Both the position numbers and the translations under genes were made by a program. DNA of 51,932 bases from a virus. Lineage: Duplodnaviria; Caudoviricetes. Location of the stretch: IMG/VR virus record IMGVR_UViG_3300035002_000025, positions 1-51,932 of that record. The stretch is one strand, 5' to 3'. This document shows, in pieces, positions 26,231-36,500 of this stretch; position 1 is the stretch's first letter, and each line of letters starts with the position of its first letter. The notes beneath the pieces were generated by a model, which saw only the letters and a program-made list of their open reading frames with translations, was not told the origin of the DNA and ran no database searches.

Positions 26231-26980
26231 ATGGGAGTGCACGCATTGGCGCGCAGCGCTGCCTCCTCGTACCGCCGCCGATATGCCGCGCCGGACCTCG
26301 TCCAACACACCACTCTTACCCGCGTTCTAGACTTCCTTGGCAAGCCGCCACTGGAAGGTGTCCAGACATCGCTCCTCGATAGCAACCAGAGCAAGTCGGA
26401 CACGCACATTTTCTATGCCGGGGCCTTAGACCTGCTGAAGCGTCCATCGGTGGCCATCGTGGGTTCTCGCGAGGTTTCTGAAGACGGCGCCGCTCGCTCA
26501 CGGCATCTGTCAAAGAGGCTCGCAGAGAACGGCGTGACAGTCGTTTCCGGATTGGCCAAAGGCGTCGACGTCAATGCCCATCGGGCGGCGATGATCGCGG
26601 GCGGTCGAACCGTTGCAGTTATCGGCACGCCGATCGATCAAGCCTACCCCGCGGAGCATGGCGAACTGCAGTCCGAGATTGCCAGCGATCATCTGCTAAT
26701 CTCGCCATTTCCTGTTGGCTCAAAGGTCTACCCGGCGAATTTTCCGAAGCGCAACCGGGTGATGGCGGCACTTACAGACGGCACCGTGATCGTTGAAGCC
26801 GGAGATACCTCCGGCACGCTTCATCAGGCAGTCGAGTGCGAAAAGCTCGGTCGTTGGCTGTTCATTCTCCAGTCGGTCTACGACAACAAGGCTCTTGAGT
26901 GGCCCAAGCGTTACGCCAAGTATGAGCGCGTGAGAATCGTCTCCTCCGTGGAGGACGTGCTTGGCGCTCTTGGACTTTAA
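26231..26980 (+). CDS. dprA: DprA/Smf-family Rossmann-fold protein
   Basis: VAIVGSR, VVSGLAKGVD, AVIGT...YP.EH, FPKRNRVM, VEAG..SGT; GGAGG RBS. Confidence 0.93.
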   Translation: MGVHALARSAASSYRRRYAAPDLVQHTTLTRVLDFLGKPPLEGVQTSLLDSNQSKSDTHIFYAGALDLLKRPSVAIVGSREVSEDGAARSRHLSKRLAENGVTVVSGLAKGVDVNAHRAAMIAGGRTVAVIGTPIDQAYPAEHGELQSEIASDHLLISPFPVGSKVYPANFPKRNRVMAALTDGTVIVEAGDTSGTLHQAVECEKLGRWLFILQSVYDNKALEWPKRYAKYERVRIVSSVEDVLGALGL

Positions 26981-27626
26981 CTTTGAGACTATACCGCTTC
27001 ATGCCCGCGTAGCCTATCCATCGTGGGATTTTCAGGCCGTTCCATTCCGTGAAGTAGATCACAACGCACATTTCTATACGCACGCGGTGAAAAACGACGC
27101 GAAGAAGATCGGGACGCGAACGAAGAACCTGAAGGTGGGTGTGAACGGTGAGAGCGTGCTGGTTAGCGCGTCGAACCTCATCGTGGTTCAGAGGCATTTT
27201 GCCAGGTTCGTGGCTCGAACAATCAAAGATGCTGGCATAGCTGACCCTGTGATCATCGCGATTCCCAATCGGGATGCGCTGCGGACCATTGCCGACTTCA
27301 ACACTGCGCGGCTCGCCGCGCTTGCCGCTGAGGCCTTCGGTTCGGGTGCTCAGCCGTATGCAGGTCTTCGCTTCAAAAAGCTCATCCCTAAGACCGAAAA
27401 AAGGCGTCTCCGCCCCGATGACCTTGCGCCAAACATGGAGATGGTCACGGATCTACCGAAGGGCACCTTGGTTCTGCTCGACGATGTCTACACTCAGGGC
27501 CATCACGTCCGGGCGTCCTGCAAAGTGTTGGACTGCAAGCCCGTGCTAGTTTGTGTCGCGGCGAGGACCGAGAACGAGCCCTTGCCGAACATGACCAAGC
27601 CAAGGGCTCTGGAGCACACTGTTTAG
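26961..27626 (+). CDS. Phosphoribosyltransferase-fold (ComFC-like) protein, partner of DprA
   Basis: PRPP-loop-like LVLLDDVYTQG; IIAIP; overlaps dprA, GGAGG RBS before TTG. Confidence 0.75.
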   Translation: MALLDFNFETIPLHARVAYPSWDFQAVPFREVDHNAHFYTHAVKNDAKKIGTRTKNLKVGVNGESVLVSASNLIVVQRHFARFVARTIKDAGIADPVIIAIPNRDALRTIADFNTARLAALAAEAFGSGAQPYAGLRFKKLIPKTEKRRLRPDDLAPNMEMVTDLPKGTLVLLDDVYTQGHHVRASCKVLDCKPVLVCVAARTENEPLPNMTKPRALEHTV

Positions 27627-27684
27627 TCTCTTAGCCGGGGTGGGAGCGGAAGAGTCGAGTCAGAGCCCGCCCGCGCCGCAGTTT

Positions 27685-27709
27685 GGAACGCCCGCCACCC
27701 AGTCTCGTT
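27685..27709 (+). promoter_or_regulatory. EcfG/sigmaT-type general stress promoter
   Basis: GGAAC-N16-CGTT, 22 nt upstream of ATG 27732. Confidence 0.78.
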
Positions 27710-27731
27710 GCCTCCTCAACAGGAGGACAGC

Positions 27732-27944
27732 ATGTCGAAGAACCGAGAGTCTCCCCACGCGCCTGAGGTGCCCGACCAGCCGGCGGGTACACCGGATCGG
27801 ACGCAACCGCCCAACGAGGCCTTTGAGCGCGACGTGGACGAAGGCGACGGACGTCACCAGGAGCCCGAGGGCAGCTCGCCCGTCGGCGGGGCCGGCAAGA
27901 CGACGCCAGACGGCTCGGTGGTGAAGCCGGGCAAGGAGAAGTAG
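27732..27944 (+). CDS. Moron: 70-aa hydrophilic disordered protein
   Basis: MSKNRESPHAPEVPDQP...; AGGAGG RBS. Confidence 0.72.
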   Translation: MSKNRESPHAPEVPDQPAGTPDRTQPPNEAFERDVDEGDGRHQEPEGSSPVGGAGKTTPDGSVVKPGKEK

Positions 27945-27979
27945 GCTGGGCGTCAGAGCCCGCAGGCGGCGCGCTGGCG

Positions 27980-28360
27980 CTACTCCATGCCCTTCTTTCG
28001 GCGGCTGGCTCGGATGCTCTCGGGCAACTCTGTAAGCCGGTTCCGGCGGGTGGTCTTGTCCTCGACCGATCCGGCTTCCTTGGCCAAGGCGCTGTCGACG
28101 CCCTTGCGTGCAGTCGCTTTGACCGTTGCGGCGGAGATTGATTGCTCGCCGGGGGAGCGCTCATCCGGTCCAGAGGGATCGGGCAGGTAGCGGTGCGAGA
28201 TCAGCCAGTCGCGCAGGATGCGGCGGACGGCCTCGGGCCGTGCAATCGACTGCTCGGCGGCAAAACGATCAAGGGCGGACAGGTCCGGCTCTTTGACGCG
28301 AGCTTTGATCGGATCGGAGTTCACAGGAGGCCTGCCACGAGACCGCTTGGGCCGATCCAT
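27980..28360 (-). CDS. Ribbon-helix-helix (CopG-like) regulator with C-terminal extension
   Basis: RGRPP...IKARV...LSALDRFAAEQSIARPEAVRRIL. Confidence 0.7.
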   Translation of the reverse strand: MDRPKRSRGRPPVNSDPIKARVKEPDLSALDRFAAEQSIARPEAVRRILRDWLISHRYLPDPSGPDERSPGEQSISAATVKATARKGVDSALAKEAGSVEDKTTRRNRLTELPESIRASRRKKGME

Positions 28361-28516
28361 TGACGTCATAGTGTGGTGGTCCCGTAAATGATCGAGCCAG
28401 GCAAGGGATTGCCCATCCTGATCGAATGCGCGGAGGAGTCGAGTCAGGGGCGTCGGCCGATCGGCTGCTCTCGGAGTGCGGGTGTGCTGCGCTCCACATC
28501 TTGGTAGGCGCCGGCG

Positions 28517-28975
28517 CTAGCTTATGCCGCAAGCCATCTTCAGGACGTGAAGGCGGTCTTGGATTTGCTGAAGGGGGACTGACACTTCTGAGCTTCCAAC
28601 ACGGAAGTGCGCGGAGGTCCCATTCAACATCTGGTTCAACAGTTCTCGGGCATTATAGCCGGCGACATAAGCTTGATCTCTGCTGATCAACCAAAGACGG
28701 CTCGTAACCTCGCCCCGGTCAATTCGCATTAGCACGTCTGTCGACGTCCCCAACGACAGAACTTCACGGGCCATCAATCCCGCTGCGGCTGTGCCACCCT
28801 GACAGTTGATCACGAAGGCCAAACGCGCGCCCTCGAAGCGCGCGCGAAACTCTTTGCGGTCATCGATCGGAGAAGTCGCCTCTTCAATTTGCCAGCCCTG
28901 TTGGCTGAAGGCCGCATCGCTAGATGCCTTCGCCCAGAGCGCCAAGACCAAACCTATCGCCAGCACGAATCTCAT
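28517..28975 (-). CDS. Moron: secreted/periplasmic protein
   Basis: Signal peptide MRFVLAIGLVLALWAKA; WQIEEATSPIDD; two Cys; GGAGG RBS. Confidence 0.7.
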   Translation of the reverse strand: MRFVLAIGLVLALWAKASSDAAFSQQGWQIEEATSPIDDRKEFRARFEGARLAFVINCQGGTAAAGLMAREVLSLGTSTDVLMRIDRGEVTSRLWLISRDQAYVAGYNARELLNQMLNGTSAHFRVGSSEVSVPLQQIQDRLHVLKMACGIS

Positions 28976-29030
28976 ATCGGCCTCCCGCCAACCGGCGAGG
29001 GGACAATAGCGCTCACTTTGGGATTGTCGA

Positions 29031-31820
29031 ATGGACCTCGCTCGCCTCGGCTTGGAAGTCGATAGCCGCCCCGTCGAGCGCGCGCGCGATGCGCTCGGTC
29101 GGTTCGTCAGCGCGGCCAAGCAGGCGGAACTGGCCGCTGGTGGGCTGGCAAAGGGCGTTGAGGCTGGCTCTGCCGCGATGGGGCGGCAGGTCGATAATGC
29201 CGTGAACGCCGCCAACCGCTTGATGGGGGCAAACGACAACATCGCCAAGTCCGGTCGGTTGGCCCGACATGAGTTGATCAACCTCAGCCGTCAGATTCAG
29301 GACGTCGGCGTGTCGCTGGCGTCTGGACAGTCGCCATTCATTGTCCTCGTGCAGCAGGGCACGCAGATCGCCGACGTGTTCGCTTCCTCGGAAGCCACGC
29401 TCCGGGGGTTTGGATCGCAGGTGGCGAGCGTGTTCACGCCAGCGCGTGTAGGTATCGTCGGGCTCTCTGCCGCTGTACTTGCCGGCGCGGTCGCCTGGGC
29501 GCAGTACGATTCCACTCAGCGCGAAGCTGCGCGCGCCTTGACCGGCATGGGGCGTGACGCTGGGCTGACCGTCGCCAAGATCAATGAGGCGGCAAATGCC
29601 GCGGCTCGACTTCAGGGCATATCGATCGGTCAGACCCGAGACACGGTCGGGGCGCTGGCAAACACCGGCCGCATCAACGCCACGATGCTCGTGCCGATCA
29701 CCGCCTTGCAGCGTAACCTCGCCGCGACCCTGGGCGTCGATGGCGTCGAGGCGAACAAGCTTCTCGCTGCCAGCTTTTCCGATCCGGTCCGTGGCGCCGA
29801 GCTTCTCAATGACCGCGTCGGAGGGCTTACCGAACGGACGCGGCAGTATGTCGCCGAACTCATGGCAAGCGGCAAGGAGCAGCGAGCCCAGCAGGTCCTG
29901 ATCGACACGTTTGGTCCTCGCCTGGGCCGAGCCGCTGAGCTGACCTCCGTCTGGGCCCGCGCGTGGGAGGCGGTCAAGGCGAAGTCCGCCGAAGCCGGCG
30001 AGGCCGTCGGTCGTGCCATCGAAAAGGGTCTGGCTGCCGGAACGGGCAAGACCTTCCTGCGCGAGGCCGAAGAGCGCCTGGCAGCGCTCGATGCGCAGGC
30101 GCAGGGAATGGTGGTCGACCGCACGAACGGTCGAGTGCTTGGCAATCGGTCCGCCTTCGGCATCACGCAGGAAGAGCTTCAGCGGGAGGAGGGCGGCCGC
30201 AAGAGGGTCTCAGCGGAGCTTGAGCTTCAGCGCGCGGCGATTCACGCCATCCGCATGGGCCAGGAGTCCGTCAATCTGGCCGTGGAGCGACAGGCAGGCC
30301 TTGAGGCCGAGATCGCCAGGAACCGACGACTTGTCGACCGCGGCACAGAGGCTGCCCGCGATCTTGGGCTTCCCGAGCGCCGTCAGATCGACGACCTCAC
30401 CACTCTGATCAACAAGTATCGCGACCTAGTGGGCGCGCGCGACGCGGCTTACCAGAACCAGGGCGCCGAAGGCGGGTTCGAGACCTACCGCCGGGCCCAG
30501 CGCGACCTACTGGAAGGCCAACGCGCCCTCCGGTCGGCGTTGCTGGACAATGGGCGGGGGGTCATCGGCCGCGACGGCGCGCTTCTTCTGGAGAACAACC
30601 AGATCCTCGATCGGCGGTTGACCCTGACCGACCAATTGAACCAGCGCACGCAGGTCGACCGCCAGCAGATGACAGCGGTCACGGCAGCGCAGCAGGCGGC
30701 CGCCGCCGCCGCGCGCGAGCATCAGCAGGCAAGGGAGCAGGGTGCGTCTGCCGGAAACGCCGAGTTGGTCGCCGCTCGGGCGCTCGCCGCGGCTGAGACG
30801 GTTCGCGTTGGGATAAATCACCAGCTTCTGCAGGCCGCACGGGAACGCATCCGCTCGACCGAACTGCAGATCGGCGCTGTGCGCGCCGAGACCGCCGCAA
30901 TGGGCGGTTCGATCGGTCTTCAAGAAAAGGTGCGCCTTGAAACCCAGCTTCTGAATGACGCCCGGCGCGAATACGCCCGGCTCGGCCTTCAGATGCCGCA
31001 GGCCGAAATCGACCACTACAAGCGTCTGGCTGAGGCAATGGGGCAGGCCCGCCAGCAGCAGGCCGAGATGAGGATGCTGCGCGACCTGGGGTTCGATCGG
31101 CAGACGATGTTCATGTCCGACAGCGAACGGGGCATCGCCACACAGCTGCGCAGCATCTACGGCGACGCGTGGTCGCAGCAGATGAACGGCGCCATCGCAT
31201 CCCAAATGCGTTTCAACGAGCAGCTTCGGCTCACCAACGATCTGGCGATGGACTTCGGCCGGACCTTCGCCAACGACGTCATGAACGGCAAGAGCGCGAC
31301 GGAAGCACTCGGCAACGCGGTGAAAAACCTTAGTGCCAGGCTGATCCAGATGGCCATGGATCAGGCAATCAAGCAACTTCTCGGCGGCCTGATGGGTTCT
31401 TTCGGCGGGTTCGGCGGGCTGTTCGGCGGTGGAGCGATTTCTCCCTTCGGGCTTTACGCGAATGGTGGAGCGTTCTCAGGCGGCATCCAGACCTTCGCGC
31501 TCGGCGGAACTTTCACAAACTCGATCGTCAGCAAGCCGACGCTGTTCCCCTTCGCGAACGGCACGGGCCTGATGGGCGAGGCAGGCCCGGAGGCCATCAT
31601 GCCCCTGCGCCGGGGACCGGATGGCCGGCTGGGCGTCTCCGCGCCGGGTGGCGGTGGCAACGTCGTTCGCATGGGCGACACGCACATCACGATCCAGGGC
31701 AACGCGGACCGGAACACGATCGCCATGATGAAGGCCGAGCTCGACCGTCGGGATGCTCAACTGAAGGCGGAGATGCCGGGCGTGATGGCCAAGGCTCGCC
31801 GAGACGGGATTGCCGCCTGA
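29031..31820 (+). CDS. Tail tape measure protein
   Basis: 929 aa Ala-rich helical; QIQDVGVSLASGQSPFIVLVQQGTQI; C-terminal FANG.G.MGEAGPEAIMPL. Confidence 0.95.
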   Translation: MDLARLGLEVDSRPVERARDALGRFVSAAKQAELAAGGLAKGVEAGSAAMGRQVDNAVNAANRLMGANDNIAKSGRLARHELINLSRQIQDVGVSLASGQSPFIVLVQQGTQIADVFASSEATLRGFGSQVASVFTPARVGIVGLSAAVLAGAVAWAQYDSTQREAARALTGMGRDAGLTVAKINEAANAAARLQGISIGQTRDTVGALANTGRINATMLVPITALQRNLAATLGVDGVEANKLLAASFSDPVRGAELLNDRVGGLTERTRQYVAELMASGKEQRAQQVLIDTFGPRLGRAAELTSVWARAWEAVKAKSAEAGEAVGRAIEKGLAAGTGKTFLREAEERLAALDAQAQGMVVDRTNGRVLGNRSAFGITQEELQREEGGRKRVSAELELQRAAIHAIRMGQESVNLAVERQAGLEAEIARNRRLVDRGTEAARDLGLPERRQIDDLTTLINKYRDLVGARDAAYQNQGAEGGFETYRRAQRDLLEGQRALRSALLDNGRGVIGRDGALLLENNQILDRRLTLTDQLNQRTQVDRQQMTAVTAAQQAAAAAAREHQQAREQGASAGNAELVAARALAAAETVRVGINHQLLQAARERIRSTELQIGAVRAETAAMGGSIGLQEKVRLETQLLNDARREYARLGLQMPQAEIDHYKRLAEAMGQARQQQAEMRMLRDLGFDRQTMFMSDSERGIATQLRSIYGDAWSQQMNGAIASQMRFNEQLRLTNDLAMDFGRTFANDVMNGKSATEALGNAVKNLSARLIQMAMDQAIKQLLGGLMGSFGGFGGLFGGGAISPFGLYANGGAFSGGIQTFALGGTFTNSIVSKPTLFPFANGTGLMGEAGPEAIMPLRRGPDGRLGVSAPGGGGNVVRMGDTHITIQGNADRNTIAMMKAELDRRDAQLKAEMPGVMAKARRDGIAA

Positions 31821-32476
31821 TGCCCAGCTTCGACCTGATGAACCTGTTGCAGGGCACCGGCGCCAACCGCATCCTGCGGACGGTCCGGTTCCTGCCGGAC
31901 GTAGCTCAGGAAACCTCCGGCCAGGCCGGGGGCCAGGTGAGGGTGCGAGACCTTCGCTCCCCGCTCTGGCGGATACGCGTGAGCGCGCCGACGATTGCTC
32001 TGCCGAACAAGCAGGATGTGGTGGCCCTCATCGAGGCCATGGGCATCTCCATTGGCACCTTCTACGCTTGGAACCCGGAGCGCCGATATCCGAAGGCCGA
32101 CCCGAGCGGGACCATTTTGGGGGTCTCGGCGCCTGAGATTCGGACCGTGGGCACCAACAACAAGTCACTGAGCCTGTCGGGCCTGCCGGCCGGGTACGTC
32201 CTCAGCCGCGGCGACATGCTCGCCTTCGATTACGGGTCGCCTTCCAGCCGTGCGCTGCACCGCGTCGTGACACCGACGGTCACCGCCGACGGTGATGGGG
32301 AGACGGCAGAGTTCGAGATCGCCCCGCACTTCCGGCAAGGGGTGGAGGAAGGGCTTGGGGTGACGCTCGTCAAAGCCTCCGCCGAATTCTGCATCATTCC
32401 CGGCACCTATGAGCCGGATGCCGACGGCCTGTTCGGCTCGATCTCGTTCGAGGCAATCCAGGTGGTGAACGGATGA
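31820..32476 (+). CDS. Distal tail protein
   Basis: Immediately after tape measure; 218 aa. Confidence 0.7.
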   Translation: MPSFDLMNLLQGTGANRILRTVRFLPDVAQETSGQAGGQVRVRDLRSPLWRIRVSAPTIALPNKQDVVALIEAMGISIGTFYAWNPERRYPKADPSGTILGVSAPEIRTVGTNNKSLSLSGLPAGYVLSRGDMLAFDYGSPSSRALHRVVTPTVTADGDGETAEFEIAPHFRQGVEEGLGVTLVKASAEFCIIPGTYEPDADGLFGSISFEAIQVVNG

Positions 32477-33156
32477 GGCTTCTCGATGCCGCCGAACTGA
32501 CCGCCATCCGGGGCAGGGTGGTCGTCAAGCGAGAGTTCGCCTGGATCACCGCGAAGACCCGTGATCCCGAGCCCGCGCCTGTCGCCGTCGGCTTCTGGTC
32601 CGATGCCGGACGCTTCACCTGTGAGGTCAAGGACGGGCTGTCTGGAACACTGGTAGAGCGGACCTTCAATGGCGCCGAGGCGGTCCAGTTTCCCGACGTA
32701 TCGCTTATCTCCGATATCTCGGTTCGGACGGCCGATCTTGTGCTCTCGGGCATCGGTGCTGCCGCGGAAGCCACCTTACGGACCAATGAGTGCCGCTCGG
32801 CACCGATCCAGATTTACCGCGGGTTCTTCGATCCTGAGACCATGCTGCTCGTCGCGCCGCCGAAGCCGCGCTTCATCGGGTTCGTGGACGAGGCCCCGAT
32901 CTTCACAGCCGCTGCCGGTGGCATGTCGACGATCACGATGTCCTGCGCCTCGCACACTCGCGAGCTGCTGCGGAAGAACGCCGACGTCCGCTCGCACGAG
33001 AGCCAGATCAAGCGAGCGCCGGGCGACACCTATCTGAAAGACGTCAACGTGGTCGGTGACTGGGACATCGCATGGGGCGAGCATCGCCAGCGGGTCGGGT
33101 CCGCATCGAACCAAAACCAGCCGGATAGTGGAGTGTTCTTCGGTGCATCGAATTAG
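32473..33156 (+). CDS. Minor tail/baseplate hub protein
   Basis: Position; ATGA-coupled; RSHESQ..R.PGD. Confidence 0.7.
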   Translation: MRLLDAAELTAIRGRVVVKREFAWITAKTRDPEPAPVAVGFWSDAGRFTCEVKDGLSGTLVERTFNGAEAVQFPDVSLISDISVRTADLVLSGIGAAAEATLRTNECRSAPIQIYRGFFDPETMLLVAPPKPRFIGFVDEAPIFTAAAGGMSTITMSCASHTRELLRKNADVRSHESQIKRAPGDTYLKDVNVVGDWDIAWGEHRQRVGSASNQNQPDSGVFFGASN

Positions 33157-33559
33157 CGGCTGGCGGACCGCCCTCCATGAAGAGATCGAGCGGCACCGTC
33201 GGGTGCCGTTTTCGTTTGAGGACGGGGCCGACTGCGCGATATTCCCGGCCGATTGCGTGAAGGCCATGACCGGCGTCGATCTCGCGGCGGGCTTCCGCGG
33301 GCGCTACCGCACGCTGAAGGGAGCGCTGCGCGCGCTTCGGTCTGCTGGGCACTCCCACCTTGTCGAGGCCGTGGCCGCCAAGCTGGAGCCCATCTCCGTC
33401 CTGAAGGCGCGGGCAGGTGATGTCGCCGCATTCCAGAGCGACGACGTCTTCGGCTGGTCGCTGGGCGTCGTCATCGGGCCGACGGTGGTGGTGCGGCGCC
33501 CGGAAGGGCTTGGCTGGATGCATCTCGACGCTGTGACGAAGGCTTTCCGCGTCCCATGA
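33143..33559 (+). CDS. NlpC/P60-like tail-associated protein (DUF6950-like)
   Basis: PFSF..GADCAIFPADCVKAMTGVD...FRGRY, ARAGDV; GTG start with GGAG. Confidence 0.75.
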   Translation: MHRISGWRTALHEEIERHRRVPFSFEDGADCAIFPADCVKAMTGVDLAAGFRGRYRTLKGALRALRSAGHSHLVEAVAAKLEPISVLKARAGDVAAFQSDDVFGWSLGVVIGPTVVVRRPEGLGWMHLDAVTKAFRVP

Positions 33560-36500
33560 ACCTCCTGATCGCTGGCCTGATTGCCTTGGGGCTCGTCCTC
33601 GGGACGACGACGCACGCCTCGGCAGGGCCGCTGATCGCGGCCGGCTTGATGTTCCTCATTCCCACGCTCGGCGCGACTGCGGCAGCAGTTCTTGGCTCGG
33701 TTCTCGCGCTGACCATTGGCCTGGGGATGTCGTACCTCGCCCAGAAACTGCTCTCAAAACGTCCCGAGCAGAATGTCGGCGGTACGACTGGCCGACTTCA
33801 GACCGGGGGTGTGGTCTCCAGGTCGTTCCCGTTCGGCGAAAAGGCGATTGTCTCCCAGTCGGTCCCCTACGCAAATTCGTTTGGGCAGGACGGCAAGACC
33901 CCTAACGCCTACTACGTCATGGACCTCGCTCTCGCGGACCTTCCAGTCGGCGGCGGGAACGACTGCCTCGCTGAGCTTTGGGTCAACGGCTCCAAGGTCA
34001 CGTGGAACCCCGCCGGAACTCCTGGCCCCGACGGCATCGCCATTCCCGAGTTCAACAAGGATGGCAAGGACCATCTGTGGGTCCGGGTCTATGACGGGAC
34101 GCAGACGACGGCGGACGCCCGCCTCGTCGAGCTTTTCGGCGGCGATCCTGACCGCCCCTATGACGCCGGCCGGGTCGGGACCGGCATGGTCAAGGCGGTG
34201 GTCACCTTCCGACTTAACCGCGAGGTCTTTGGCGGCGTGCCGTCCTTCAAGTTCGTGGTGCGCGGCGTGCCGCTCTACGACCTGCGCGAGGACGACACGG
34301 CCGGCGGGGACGGGGACCAGCGCTGGAACAGCCCGGAGAAGTGGAATCTCGCGCCCGGGAACAACGGCGTCGTTCTGTACAATGTCCTTCGCGGCATCAG
34401 GTACGACGGCAAGTGGTTCTTCGGCGGCCAGACCGTCTCCGGCCAGCAGATTCCGGCCTCCGCTTGGGCAGCGGCCATGAATGAGGCCGACATCCCCACC
34501 GAGAAGGCCGACGGGCAGTTTGAGCCGCAGTTCGCTTGCTCCGGTGAAATCCGCCTCGACATGGAGCCGGCGCAGGTCGTCAAAGACCTACTCATGGGCT
34601 GCAATGGTCGGCTGGCCGAGGTCGGCGGCGTCTACAAGCCGCACTTCGGCGCCGCCGGCTCGGCGGTCATGTCGATCACGGACGACGACATCCTGATCAC
34701 CGAGGGACAGACCTACGAGCCGTTCAAGTCGATGGCCGAGCAGGTCAACGCGGTCACGGCCAAATACATCGAGCCCGGCGAGGGATGGACCGCGAAGGAT
34801 GCGCCCGCACTTTATGACGCCGACCTTGAGTCGGAGGACGGCGGCCGGCGCCAGAGCGTCGATGTCGCCTATGACTATGTGGTCTCTGGGACGCAGGTAC
34901 AGAGGCTCATGGCCTCGGCGCTGGCGGAGGCGCGTCGCGAGCGCCGGCATTCCATCCAATTGCCGCCGGACGCCTACCCGCTGGAGCCGAACGACTTCAT
35001 CGTCTGGTCGTCGGAGCGCAACGGCTATGTGAACAAGCTGTTCCGCATTGATGCGGTCCAAGACCTCGCGAACGGCAACGTCGCCCTGAACCTCACAGAG
35101 GTCGACCCCTCCGACTACGACTGGGATGCAGACACCGACGAACAGCCGATCGTCATCTCGCCAACCCCTATCGTCTTCCCGCCATCGCAGGGCATTGCCG
35201 GGGCCGATATCGAAGGCGTGACGGTCCAGGGACAGGGGAGCCGCGCTAAGGCCGGCGCGCGGCTTCTTTGGAACGGCACGGACCAGGACGACGTCCGGGC
35301 AGTCGCGTTCCAAATCCGGCTCAACGGCGAAACCGACCTCGTCTACGAGGGAGAGACCACGGAGGCGTCGGTCGCCGAAGGCGAGTATATCGTCACGGCC
35401 AACCTGCTCGGGGCTACCGCTTATGAGGGCCGGCTGAAGTTCGTGCCGTTCTCCGGCCGGGCGACAGTCTGGTCCGACTGGATTGACTTCACGACGCCTG
35501 ACGTGCGGGTCAGCTACGAAGAATTCGATAGGCGCTTCCGACAGGCGAACGAACTGACGGCGGGCTTCATCCGCGATCTCAACGCACGGCTCGACAACCT
35601 TGGTGGCGCGGTTGCCTCGATCGAAAGCCACACCACGACCGCCGACCTTGACCAGGTCGAGCGTGCGCGAAGGATTTCCGCCAGCCTCGGCGCGGCCAAG
35701 GCATCTGTGAAAGTTGTCGAGCAGGCGGTCGCCACACTCGATCTGGCCTTCGCGCTATTTCAGGTGGAGACCGAGGCTAGCATCGACGCCATCTCGGCGG
35801 AAGGGTTGCTCGAATTCCAGCAGGTGGTGTCGCCCCCCACAGGAGCGGTGTCCGGCGCGAGAATGCTGGTCAAAGCCACCGACAGCGGCCTTTTCGCCGA
35901 AGCGGGCCTAGAGGCTTATGCGCTCGCGGGAATGGGTGGCTCGCCGAGCGGTCGCGTGGTTCTCGTCGGCGAGAAGGTGTTTGCTCGCGACGGCATTGGC
36001 GGCGACCCGTTTCCGATCCTCGATGTCTCCGGCCGCATGCTCTATACGGGCTTGATGCCCGGCTCGACTGTGAGGGTCGTAAACTATCCCCGCGACCGCA
36101 TAGCCACGGGGAACGTTGCGGTCGGCAGCGGAAACACCGCTGGCGGTGCCGGACAGAACAGCCTTCGCGAAGTGCTGATGGGATCGATCGATCTTCCGGC
36201 CAACACCGAAGCGATCTCCGGCGGTACGGGCAATAAAGTGCCCGTCGAAGTGAATGCTCGGATCGATACGGACGGTCAGTTCGGCCCCTATGCATCAACG
36301 TCCTCGGCTACGTTCCCCTATATCCAGTGGAGAGTCATCGCGCGGCCTACCGGCGGCGGGTCCGATGTCGTTCTCATCGACGATGTCATGGGCGCGACGG
36401 CTGCCACGTTCGGCAGCAGCACGACGACCGCGTGGTATCATCACGGCCAGACAATCGGCACCGTATTCTATCCCAAATGGGAAAAGTCCAATGACGCGGT

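Noticed and set aside
26103-26330. 75-aa ORF upstream of dprA
   Set aside because: Runs through the AT-rich promoter and SOS box and overlaps dprA out of frame; no motif
26231-27626. Competence locus (dprA-comFC)
   Set aside because: No other uptake genes, no ComFC zinc finger, and moron position favours a defence or TA role
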